The notes under the pieces are model-generated. The model saw only the letters and a list, made by a program, of their open reading frames with translations. It did not search any database and had not been told where the DNA came from. DNA of 64,000 nt from Bispira polyomma (Eukaryota): contig OZ287761.1 in assembly GCA_965649765.1 (NCBI GenBank), positions 3,224,001 to 3,288,000 on the forward strand, read 5' to 3'. The position numbers and the translations under genes were made by a program. Shown one piece after another: positions 38,715 through 57,720 of this stretch (positions are counted from its first letter, which is position 1; each line of letters starts with the position of its first letter).

Positions 38715-41700
38715 TTAACCTGCTACTGGGAGTAGGACTCAATGACAGACGAATACCGCCATTTTAAGTGCTCATCTTAGACCACTATGTATCAGTCTGT
38801 ACCTGGGAGCCCCAGGCTGGTATCAAACCCAGGTCCTCAAGCAATTCCTAAGTGAGATGAGTTACCCGCTAGGTCACAGTAGCAGTATATTGTTACTAAG
38901 TGCATACCTGAAGAGATCTGTGAACTGTTTGCAGACAATTGTAGCAGTACCACATCACAAGACATCTGTAGATACAGCTGTGCATCTTCTCCAACTTAGT
39001 CCCTGGCAAGGTGGTGATTCCACACTGCTACTACTAGGCCACCAGTCAGTTTGTATGTGCATTTCATGCATTTGTAAGAGACTGAGCAGTCAATCACCGA
39101 CACCTTATTACTGACCAACCCCCACAATGAGTGCATTGTCAATTTCCTTAGCTTATATTATACTCAGCAAATTTTCTTAAATTCAAGTAGTTTATATGCA
39201 CTCGACATTGTGTCCTGTAGGATCAATGATAAGCATCAAATAAGGGCCTAGAAGTATTGAAACCATCTTTGAAGTTGTGGGAGGGTAGGTCAAAACTGAT
39301 TGAAAAAAACTAGACATTGTGTCCTGTAGCATCAACGATAAGCATCATATAAAAGCCAATAAGTATTAATGCCCCTTTGACCTTGAAAGAGGGTATAAGG
39401 TTAAAACTGATCCCCTGAAAAGCTTGGCAGGCCATTATTCCCTACAAGTTGCTTTCACATTGCAAATTTCTAGGACAAATAATAAGCATAATATAATGAC
39501 CTACAAGTACACACTCTCTCATCTGATCTTGAAAGGAGAAGTAAAAGGCTAACTTTGACATGCTCAAAAGATTTCAAGACTATTATTTCCTTCAAGTTGT
39601 TTTTACATTACCAACCTCAGAGAGGTTAGGATCTACTACAGAAGTATATACATCTTCACTTGACAGGGTTAAGTAAAACCCGGGTTTTATGAGTATTGCC
39701 CAGCCCAGTGGGAAAACCCGGGTTTTCTCGGGTTTTACTGGGCAATACTGGGTAATACTGGGCAATACATATATGCTAAAAAAAATATGTATGTTCATGA
39801 AATTTAACATTGGACTGCATTAAATTATTGTTGTGGTTCCTACACTGACAACAAACTATTGAATTTTATCAAAATATAGACTTTTAAGATTAAATATTCA
39901 GAATAAAGCAAAATTTATGCAATTTCAGATGTGTGCTTTAAAGCATTGTCTATCTCATACACTGAAAACTTACAAATTGACGCACACAAACAAAATGGGC
40001 ATTTTCAAATAATTGTTTACAAAAAGTTTTCCTTGGTTCCAGGCTGTTTGGTCATATTGATTGCAATTTACTTGACCACTTGTCACACACAAACCAGAGT
40101 GGCTAATCCTTTCTGTCACAGGATACATCTTGCTTGACATTTTATGTGGGATTACACCATGTCACATTAGAGACATTACTACTTACAGTACTGTGGCTTC
40201 CCAGCTTTTAACTACTTAAATATTGCGCTTGTCACTGTGCCATTTATTATGATAGATACTTGTGCTTTACATAAAGGGAGACAATTTAAATTTTTAACCC
40301 TTCATTAGTTTCCATAAATTGCTGAACAGTTACAACTTATATTTACTATTATCGTATTATTGCATGATAATCTACAAAAAGAAATGTGAATAAAAAATAT
40401 TATTGAAGGTCTTTTTTTAAATAGAAAAAATGGCACTGTCCACCTAAATCCACAGAGAAATCAAAGCAACAAGAATAGTATTGTGAAGAAATCGCAGTGT
40501 TGAATACTGTACAATCAAAAGAACAACCCTATGCGTTGACACATCATGCAAACCAAGCTTTCAGGTAGATTATTTACTCCTTTGATGTGCATAAAGCAAA
40601 AGCTTACTGACCAATGCAGTACGGTTTATATACCAACACTTCTAAGTCAAGATTTTAAACATTTGACATGGCCTTTTAGCCATGTTTTGAGTTCTGGGTA
40701 TATTCCATATAGTTGTATCCAATAGCAATTACAAAATCTGAAAGACACCATAGAACAGATGCTTGGCTATGGTATTTACTAAAGCTGCAAATCAAACTGA
40801 GTCATTGATGATCACCCAGAGTAGATGCATCGACAAACCAATTAAACAAAGTGTCGATACATCTCTAAACTCAACTATTTGGTATGTTTTCCACAGTATA
40901 ACTTAAAATTCAAGTGTATAATAAAGATAAAGTTACAATTTTATCTACATGTATTTCTTTCTACTTTTCCTGAGCGATAAATGTGCTTTTGGACTAAAAG
41001 TCAGCCAATAGAGAGTCAAATATAAATGGTCGAGACTGTATATTTGTCACAGGCCACCACTGCATTTATCTCGCAACTAATCCTCACAGCTTTAGTACAT
41101 ACAGCTGAACCCCTTGATAGTAAAACTCTAGTATGTCACTTTCTCTTCTATGTGGAGCCAAATTTGTAATCTCACCAAGCTCTTTTCTTTTACAACCTAT
41201 AATGTTAATTAGAAATCCAAATCAAAGCTCAGTAGAGACATTTCTCCTGATCCCACAAGGTTCGACTTCAAGGGCTTCAACTGTAAAAAGTTTTCAGTTT
41301 ATCCAAGTTCCAGTGTGATAGTGCAATTCAAACTGGTTAACCTTTAACTAGTAATGTTAGGTCAAAATAGAGTACATGCAGCCATTCTGATGATGTAATG
41401 TTCTTACTTCTATATAGTAATGTTCTTACTTCTATAGCAACATACTAGAGGACCACGTATTCTCCAATCTCTGTACTATATTGTATTTGTCCTATTCATG
41501 GTTTTCGCCCTTTGTACCACTAGACATTTGTTAAATCACTGCTTACGTTGACTGGTTTACTAATTCAAGGTTACATTGTGATCCCTGGTCCTAATAGTGT
41601 CAACTGAACTAATTATTACTTAATTAGTAATGTGCTTCACAATAGAGGATCATATCTTGTGGTTCCCAAAGATCTTTCAAAAGCTTAGTCAAAAATAGCA

Positions 41701-42472
41701 CGAGATGTAGAAACTTCTCAGTCGTAGGGTGAAATAGTTGAACAATGACAAAGTATGAAAAAAATCATCTAAATTCCAAACTGTACATCGGTTTAAAACT
41801 TATTTAGTTCTCTTAGGTAGGTACATGCATGTATCGCAAGTATGTACACATATAGTCCTGAAAAAGAGTTTCCATGCTGAAGGTTATTACTCCCACTTGT
41901 ACATAATTATTTTTCACTAAAACAATGAGCTTCCAGTCTGAAGTAGGTTCTAAGAAATGATCCAGACAAGATTTCTATGGACAGGGGTCATAACTCTATT
42001 CCAAGGTCAAACGAGATCACACCATGACGCTGCACACCTACATTGTGTCAAATATAAACTTTATTGACCTCACTGTTTCTGAGATCAGATATGCTGTTGC
42101 ACACCCACATCCCTTATAAAATTTATTTTTGTTTTTCCATCACTTTCAACAGCATTGGTGCATTGATTTTAAAGCAGACACTTATAACCACTAGGCCACT
42201 GCGGCCCTTACATCCCTCAATGAATATCTGTACTAAATGTGAACTTTCGTCTGCATCAGGGTGTCCCAGAAACAGCTTCCACAAACTTGTGGCTACCCAT
42301 GCGTGAAAGCAATACTCCAAAGCTATGGCCTATATAAAAAGGCTGCGAGTAAAAAAAATAAAGGAACCAAAAACTTGAATATACCTAATGTTTAAATCCA
42401 TGCAAAACATCATATTAACTATTAGAACAGAATGAGAACAAAAAATGAGAAAACAATATAAATGTGCACTTG

Positions 42473-42478
42473 TTTATT
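42473..42478 (-). terminator. RPS26 polyadenylation signal AATAAA
   Basis: Canonical hexamer downstream of the stop, followed by a U/GU-rich tract. Confidence 0.7.
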
Positions 42479-42590
42479 CAATTAATGTAAGACAGTAACT
42501 GAATTAAAAGATAGTAAGTAGTCAAGTGTCCAATAACTGTGCTAGCACTGTCCTTTGCAATACTTCTATCAGAGCGTGTGGCTTCCTCTT

Positions 42591-48721
<6,131 letters not shown>

Positions 48722-48730
48722 TTTCGTTTT

Positions 48731-48747
48731 GGGAAGAAAGAGGAAGT
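48731..48747 (-). promoter_or_regulatory. TCT initiator / 5'TOP tract of RPS26
   Basis: CTTCCTCTTTCTTCCC lies 10 nt upstream of the ATG, typical of ribosomal protein genes. Confidence 0.8.
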
Positions 48748-50380
48748 AAATGAATTACTGCGCTTGAAACAAAGTAAATTATATATTTTAATAAGAAAAT
48801 TAACTGTGGTGAACAAACTTTCACATAATATACACGTGCAATACTTAAATAGCATTAATTACTTCAAAGGATATATGTTACATATTCCCTTCTCTTATTG
48901 CACTATATTTATTGCTCCGACATTCATGGATACAAGAAACAAAAAGTACTATCTAAATCATGGAGCTCTCTCCGGAGTTTCCCGGGAAGGTAAAAATCGC
49001 CCAATTATCGGATAAATTCCCTAGGGCTTGGGATGATAACCCTTTGGATGTAGCAGTAAAATCGCCCAGGGATCTGAGATGTGATTGTAAAATTGCTTAT
49101 AGGTCTGGTAGGTGGCTTTTAAACTTTCTATAGGTCAATGATGTGGCTTTAAAATCGCCCAGTGATCTTGTACAATCGTCTATAGGGTTGGGGGTGACTG
49201 TAAAATCGCCTAGGTTGTCTGCGACATTATCAAATGAGCTAATCAATTTATTCTTGAATATTTATTCTTCATTCAGGATGGCTTTTAATCAACATTACAA
49301 TTCTACAATAATACATTTTAAACAAATTACATAAAAAACATTTACTATTTACTTTAAACAAAAATATTGTACATATGGAAATCCCTACAATTGAATCAAA
49401 TGTGAATAATCACTAAATAATAATTAAGTTAACGCCTTCATTATTAAATGTCTCTGCCATTTGTTTTCAATATTAAGGTGATTTTCCAAGCCTCCATATT
49501 GTATATTGTACAAGGGCGATTTCTTCAAGCCTCCCAGACTGTATATTGTATACAAGGCGATTTCTCCCAGCAATGTACATTGTATATTAGGCGGTTTTAT
49601 GTGATTGCTCCCAATCGCCCTAGTTGGTAGGTGATTGCCTTTGAGTTTTAGCAGGTACTTTGACAAGAACTATATATTTTTAAACAATGAGATTGAGGTT
49701 TGAATATCACATACACATTTTTAATTTTTGTATGTTAATGTTCAAATATGACTACATATTTTAATTCTTGTATATTTCCACACTGCACAGGACAATATTT
49801 ATTCATTAAACCACCAGCTACAATACAAACATACAATGCCATCAAAATATAATTGATATAAAGATAAAGTTACATATATACCCAACAGATAATTCGCAGG
49901 ACATGCAATGGGACACTGTTATCCGGCATTGTTAAGATGAACAGCAAGTAACTTTTCTCTTATTGGCAAATTCAGTTTAACAGGTAATCGAGCATCTAAG
50001 ACACTCCTTTTTATATATATTTACTTTAGGGGGTAAATTGACATACCATTGCACTAGAATAAATGAAATGTGCTTTATTGCACATATAATACTAACCCAT
50101 TTACTTAATGTGGCACAAATTTGTAGAATGTTAATATTTAAATAGGAATTGATGATCAACCATAGTACATTGACAGACCAGGATGTATTGACAAGCCCTT
50201 TATGGCTTAATAGTGTAATCTCTAGTGTGACCCTTATTTTTCCAGAATGGTTTAAAAGTGGAATATTGATAATTTATGTTTTGAATCAACAGAGGTCTTT
50301 CTATGCATTAGATGAATTCAAACAAATTTACAGATTTGATAACAAGAATCTTTTACAATATTATTAAATAAAACCGATAA

Positions 50381-51387
50381 ATGAATTTTACTTTTTTTCT
50401 CTGTTATGTTACAGTTAAATACCCATACACTGACAGACCTAAATAAAACTGAATATCAAAAAATATATTAAAAGAATAAGCATGAGACAGGTCATATACC
50501 AGTAGTTAAAAGACTGTTTGTCCCTGGTCATGCAACAATTTTGTATAAATCTACCAAAGGTGCGCAATACTTTTACCAGGGCTTGGTAATAAACGACGAA
50601 AACAATCAGAACATTAAACTAAAATCGAACATTGACTTCAAAACAAACATTGATGAAGGAGGGGAATATATATAATTTGCTTTAAAACAGTAACTAATAT
50701 TAAGCTGATTTGGTTTCAACTTAAAATAATCTATAGATTGATAGCTACTAGAAACTATCCAAAGAAACAAAATGTTGTTGAGGACACACAGTGTGTTAGA
50801 TGCAATATTGAAAATGAAACCTTGATGCACATGTTTATGGAGTGCTCTGAAACAAAAAAGTTTTGAAAAATTATCGCAGAACATATAAATGAACTCCTGA
50901 AAGTTAAAGTAAATTTTTCTGACTTTACAATCATCTTTGGCTACCAGCAAAATAATGTCCCCATAAATGCTTCATTTAATTGTGACAGTAAAGAAGTATA
51001 TATTCGATTCCATACATCATAATAGAAGACTATCCTTAAAGGCCTTAAAACTGAAATTGAAAGTGCTTTACCTCGATGATTTTTTATTTAGCAGCTGCAG
51101 AATAAAGCAGAAATATTTAAATCTTACTAAATTAAGTGTGAGCCACTCTTCTCTTTGTAAATCAAAAGAAAATTGCCCCAATGATTACATTGTAACACGT
51201 GTGGTTTGGTGTAAAAGTAACTAAGAACATTTTAATTTCTGGATAACATTAATATTGTATTTTACGTAAAACAGCTGTCTAGTTATAGTTGGTGTGGTCA
51301 GGAGGATTAATTTAAAAAAAAATGTTCTTAAATGTCAATGTATGGGTATTTAACGGTAACATAACAGAGAAAAAAAGTAAAATTCAT
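50381..51387. mobile_element. Element bounded by about 55-bp inverted repeats, enclosing the LINE fragment
   Basis: 50381-50435 is the near-perfect reverse complement of 51333-51387. Confidence 0.55.
50540..51120 (+). mobile_element. Degenerate LINE ORF2 C-terminal fragment
   Basis: KLIWFQLKIIYRLIATRNY...CVRCNIENETLMHMFMECSET with stops and frameshifts. Confidence 0.65.
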
Positions 51388-53610
51388 ATATTTTATGTAT
51401 TGTAAACAGTGTATTTTTTTTCTTTCTTTTTCTTATACATTTCTCAAGTTTTTACAGATCATTTAGCATTTGATTTCAGGTTACAAAAAAAGTTCATATT
51501 TGGTGTAACCAATCATTACTGGGTACATCTATGCATTGTGAAGCACAACATCCTCATATTAAACCATTAACTCAAAGTGTATTAATGTAAAATAAAGGAG
51601 TCTTTAAATGTCTCTATCCTTCGTATAAAATACTACATAGATACATCCAAAGAGTTTTATTTGGACTTTGTCAGAAAATGGCAATGGTGCTTGTAATCCA
51701 AGTAATTTCATTTGAAAGTTTTTTATGTCCTAAAACAAAAATCTTGAACAATATCGTCCTAGTGAAAGCGTTCTAGTACATAATGATTTTACACTGAATT
51801 GTGATGATTTTTACATTGGATTGTTGTAAACAGAAGGCTCTGCTTAAGGGAAGTAATTTTTTGTTATTTCAAACGGTATTCACTATAAAATCAACTCTGT
51901 GTTTAATTAATGCCGTATCGTCCACATTTAATAAACTGAAATTCTCCGATTCATTACTTGATTAAGGATATTAAAAGGGTATAATTAAGCACATTTAACC
52001 ATGAAATGGGTGCTTGATGCAGATACAAAACCTCCCACATCTTCAATTTTTTTCATAAAAATTTGAAATACAATGTAATATGTTTTACTTGAATCATTTT
52101 ACCGAGAATGGCAAAACATTCTATAGAATCATCTGCATAACATGGTCAGTATTTATTGACGTTACATGGTTGGAAACAAAAGTTTATGACTTTTGCTTGA
52201 ACTCTTACAATTGAGGTTCATAATCTCAACAGACAGTATTTTCTTTTTGACTCGCATTCTATTTCAAAGCAGTAAAACCAATTATGGTGACAATAAAGTG
52301 TTATTAAAATATAGGTGTAGGTCATTAGATCAAGAGATGTTAAGGCCATTATACTCCAATATCTGAAAAAGATCAGACGATACAACAAATGTATTTTCGT
52401 GCTCTGAGGTTGGAAGTGCTACAGGAAATAAATACCTTTTTACCGGAGATTGACACAGATGTTACAAAAATATACTTAAGGGATTTTTTAATAGCAACAG
52501 GTTCATACAACATTGATAGATTATAATTTGAAAAAGTGCAGAAATATATAGGAAACTTAAAAGATTTGATTGTTATGTTTTGTTGTTATTATATACTGTA
52601 CTGTAACGCCACTTCTTTTCATTATTATGTTCATGTTCTATACTGTATTTACAGTTGAATATTTCTTTTGTATTGACATTGTAAAATCGGACAATAGCGG
52701 CTGGTGGCAGCTGTCTAGGTCATTTACTGCTAGGTCAAAATACAGTGAGGTTACACATATGAACTGTTGTTAGGAAATATTTGTACCAAATATAAACTTC
52801 TCGTGAAAAATAGTCAGAGATATAGTCTAAACAGACATATAGTCTAAATAAGACTTTTTAGATCGAAGCCAGTATTCCATGGTCAAAAGTCACTGTATTA
52901 GCTTCACATTCAACAATTACAAACCAGCTTTTTGGATATTGTGGGACACATTTATTGATTCATTGTTTACATGACAGAAACATGAAGATAAACTTTTCTA
53001 CTGTATTAAATAAAAAATAGTTATTATATAACCATCCCAGCATTTCTATTTAATAGTTTTTCAAAGTAACATTAAACAAGACAACAGATTATTACATTAA
53101 ACACCATGACTGTTTATTTCTGTTCGTTTTTCTGTTTTCAAATTCTTTTTCAGTGGCACAACAGACTTCCGAACTCTTCCATCGACACAGACTGTTCATG
53201 GGTCTCCGCTGCAGAAAATTATCCAGCACAGTTTCCTCTAAAACATTTTAACAGAACACATGTTTATAGCATCCTTGGTCATTGTACCATAGCAACTGTT
53301 TCCATCCAGTACCAATTTGGGGGGCTTCTTGATCACTATTTTCAACTTGAACCTTTTAATACACTTCCTTACAATCAATTGAAGCTATGGGTTTTCAGCC
53401 ATTAGTTTACATTAGTTTGAGTTTAACATTGCTTTCAACCCCTCTGGTGTGATATATCATATCATGACGTATCACTGGTGGAGGAAATCAGAACAGAGCA
53501 GTTGGTCAAGGTTTTCTGCTATGCAAACTACCAGCCTTCAGCAGGTCTACTAACACCTTTCCCATAGACACTAGGGCAGAGTATGTTACCACTACACCAC
53601 CCCTAAGTAC

Positions 53611-55621
53611 CTAAGGTCTCATCCAGTATATAGTCTGTATGGTACAAAGCCGCAGTAGCTTTATCTGTTGTAGCACTATCTTCACTGGCTTCTTTAATGT
53701 CACCTGGTTTTTCAGAGTTTGGTATAAAATGCCCACCATTCACTCCACCCCTGCCATTGCCCAATTCATGTGCATTTAATGCACAATGCCCATTGACCTC
53801 CCCAACCTTACAATGTCTAGCTTTTTGTTTCACTGTGGCTATGTCCAAGTTTCTAGTCTCCTTTTCAGAGTTCAATGGGTTGTCATCTTGACTTAGCACA
53901 TTCCACTTGTCAACCAAAATCCCTGCAACAATTCCACTATTGTCACTATTACACTTCTCAACTTTGTCACCGTTTCTGTCACCCTTAGCCATAACATTAT
54001 GGACTACATCACTACTTTCATCCATTATATTTGTGAGTAAACCATCTACATTGATCTTTCCACTTTCTCCACCCACCGTACGTATACTACAGCCAAATAT
54101 CCCACAGTCTTCATCCAGTTCCTTTGTAGTTAACACAGGATTGTTGATGACTTCAGGGCCTCCACCCACTTTAGATATGCTTATGGTATTGTCATTATTA
54201 CCAACCTCGTGACATTCCCTATAAGTGTTACTTATATCCCACGTGCAACCAATGGCTTTACTGTCTATGCTATGATTTTCATCTATTCTACTTGCACTAC
54301 CATTAACTTTACTGCTTGTACCATAATCTCCATCTATTGTACCTATATTTACACCACCAGTGTCACCATCACCTGTCCCTGTTTCTTCCACTAGATCACC
54401 TGTATTTGATGTATGGCTCTCATCCACCATATCATTCTCCTCACTGTTTGTTCTTTCACTGATCTTACATTCCTCACAAATCATCCCAATACAATCATCT
54501 TTCACCCTTGTAGTCAATGTACAATCCAGAGCTCCAATGTTTTCAACATGACCTGCCTCTATTAAATCCCTAGGATCAGAAATTACACAATCTGCAATAA
54601 AGGCACTGGACTTATGGCAGTTACCATTTGATTGACAATCTAAATCTGATCCTGTTGTAGACGTTAAATCCAGTTCATTGTCACTGTTAACAATATTGTG
54701 GTCAGTTTCTATTTCTTGACCATTTTGACAGATGTTACCTTCAGCATACAATGAAGAATAGCCATTGACTTCACAATTGTCATCATTTTGCAATGCTTCT
54801 GGATTGCAATCCTTCCTGGAAGCAATGTTGTCTGTCTCTGGACTCACATCCATCCAATCTGCATCGGTTTCATTCCCTGCTTCCAGTTGTGGTCTATTTT
54901 CTGGTGTGACTGTTTGTGTCTGTTGATCTGCACAGATTTCACTCTCAACTTTGACAGAATGTAACTGAACAAGGAAGTAAGGTTTCTGAGCGTCATGTCT
55001 TGGTTTAATGCACTCTTTGCCACCAGTTCGACTGCAAAATAAATACGTAGATCTTGAACATAAATTAATAAATTACTGTAGGTGCAATTCATGCAACATA
55101 ATTGCTATCATTCAAACTTCTACTTACTATTCAATATTAAGAACTCATATTCACTCACCAAAATGTACGTTTTCTAATAACTTTATACTAAACTGTTCGT
55201 TCTCCATATGAAAATTTAATTATTCAAACAAAATCTTGCGCTTACAATGTGTTCGAATAATAAAGGCTCTACTCTAGTTGGAAACTAATCAGTCATTAAA
55301 ACTTTCTATTTAAATTTTTACGTTTTTACGTTACATTAATTATAATGAAGGAACAAACTGGACCGAACCCATATTGGTGAGAGACCAATGATTGTTATCA
55401 AGCCCTTCCAACCACTAGGCCACCACAGCCCCAAGAGACCCCATGACCAAGTCTTCTCAAACAACAGTAAAACAACTAGTATTTTCAAATTATCTTCCAA
55501 AAAAACATATGTAAGATTCCTCGACAGTATATAAAAAAAATATTACTAAAATAACTCACTTTGGTGACGTTTGTGGCTTCTTTCCTTTTTTTCTCCTCAG
55601 ATAAAGTATCAAACCCAGCAT
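53611..55621 (-). CDS. Uncharacterised D/E/N/G/S-rich protein, about 500 aa (exons 55621-55560 and 55031-53611; 3' end uncertain)
   Basis: MLGLILYLRRKKGKKPQTSP then AA|GTGAGT (phase 2) joins in frame to the ATTTTGCAG acceptor at 55031 and 473 open codons; ends at TAG 53603 or at donor G|GTACTT. Confidence 0.6.
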
Positions 55622-57720
55622 ATTCCACCGCGAAAATCAAATAACATTAAATCAATTCTCGGATAAGTTTGCAAGGCTCAAACCGTTGCTCCCAATTCGT
55701 CTATTACTAATTAATAAATAGACTCAGTATTGTTCACAAACAACTCAGCAGGAGTTTGTGTATTTTCTAGTCAGACAAATATTATATCTGCAGCACATAT
55801 CCAGTGCAGTTAGAGTGAGTAAGCTATAACAAACAGCATTAGTCCCAAAAACAGCATCTCACATCCTTTCACAAGAGCTAAATTTACTCTTCTCACAGCA
55901 GGCCTATAATAAAAGTCCCCTCAAGTCCATCTCTCTGAATGGTGAAAGGGATTTCCTACCACCACATCGATGATAAGCCATAAACATGTAAATAACAGGG
56001 AAGAACTATAGAACTATATAGTTGAGTAGTATCATTGAAGGATGCACAAATTACTTTAATCGCAATATATTGGTGTATTTTTTTTTCAATGCACCCTATC
56101 CCAAGTCAGTGTAGTTATTACTGGATACACTTCTGTAAATTGTAAACCAGGCTGTCAGTTTTAAGTCACCTTTAACCTGAGGTTCGGAGTTAAACTGTGT
56201 GGCAGAAAAGAAAAAAAAAGCTTTATATATTATTCAACTTTTGAGTTTGAGTCTGACCTCAAGTTGGGGCACAAAGTCCCTGACCAGTGAATGGATCAGG
56301 GGGATAGAACTGACAGATGAAGTGTGTTCCTATAAGTTTGGTGAGAAGGGGGAGAAGGGGGGGGGGGGTGAAGGGGAGATATATGTACACACACACCGGT
56401 CAGGAAACTTCCTCAAACTTAAGCTCAATATTTCAAACCTACTTCAATTCTTCCCACAAAAAGTTCAATTCAGATAAAAAAAAATTGGTTTCTAATCCTT
56501 TTGAGTAACTTAAATCTTATATTCTATCATATGTTTAAACATATAAGTGTATTGAGCTATACAGTAGAACCTCTATTTTCTGAATTTCTGTTATCGAAAC
56601 ATTCAATTTATAAACTCATTTCGACAAATTTAGGGTTTTCTATTGTTTTATACTAAAAAGGCCCCTTCTATTTTATGAACTTCTCTGATCCAAACAAAAT
56701 CTTACTCTCCCATGATATTTGGATAATAGAGGTAGCACTGTATTATTGTCAATTAACTGAAATTTTGCAGTGCTTCGTAAAATACACATACATTTTATTC
56801 TGATTTAACCAAAGATAAAACCTTAAGTAATTTGTATGTAATATACACGTGTAGTGAGATTCATTCTCATAAAATAATCTAATTTGTTGTGTCGGATAGG
56901 GTTACATATTACAATTGATTTCCTGGTATCGCACCATTTCAGCTGATAGCATTAAAGGGCTGTTTCCACTGCATGCGGTATGCAGCATCTGGCATCTGAG
57001 TGTATGCGGTATACGGCTTCTCAAAGTCATCAGAGTTGGGATAGTTTCCGAATGACGGAAATACATATTTACTATACCCTGTACCATGCATACATACATA
57101 TGTTCTTACAATGATTTTAAAGTCATCTGATGTGTTAACATTTCAGGTTTCTCTATAAACAAGATGTAAATAAGCAAGTGTATGAAGTCCAGGGGCCGTA
57201 TTCACAAAAAGGTCTTAGTCCTAACTTAGTCTTAAGCTTATCAATTATGTCTAAAATATTTAAGACTGTCTCTACTCTTAAAGACCAAAATTTTAACCCT
57301 TTTGGCCAAAATCAAAATCTTAAGACTAAGTTAAGACTAAGACCTTTTATGAATACGGCCCCTGGAGAAACTTAGTATAGTCGCTTACTACATGTCGGAT
57401 TCTAGATGATGTATACCCTATGTATGGAAAAGGTGCTTTAAATGTTTGCTAACTGAATGTGGTTGAATAGGGTTCCCACAGTAATTTTTAGGCTTGCTAA
57501 GATTAGGGCCAGCTGATGGAATGATCTCTACACAGTACTACACGTACACAGCTGATATGATAACCTGGACAGGATTGATTACTGCATAGATTTGACTAGT
57601 GGAGGAAAAAAGGTAGACATATACAGCTACCTAATAGTTCTCATCTACATTGAAGAGGGAGAATATTTTTATTGAATTATTTTGTAATGTTTCTAAGGAG
57701 TTTTAGTCCTAATTTGTCAT

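Noticed and set aside
48990-49630. Repeated AAAATCGCCC motifs upstream of RPS26 as promoter elements
   Set aside because: They occur in both orientations in a degenerate periodic pattern, more like transposon subterminal repeats; no support for a regulatory role.
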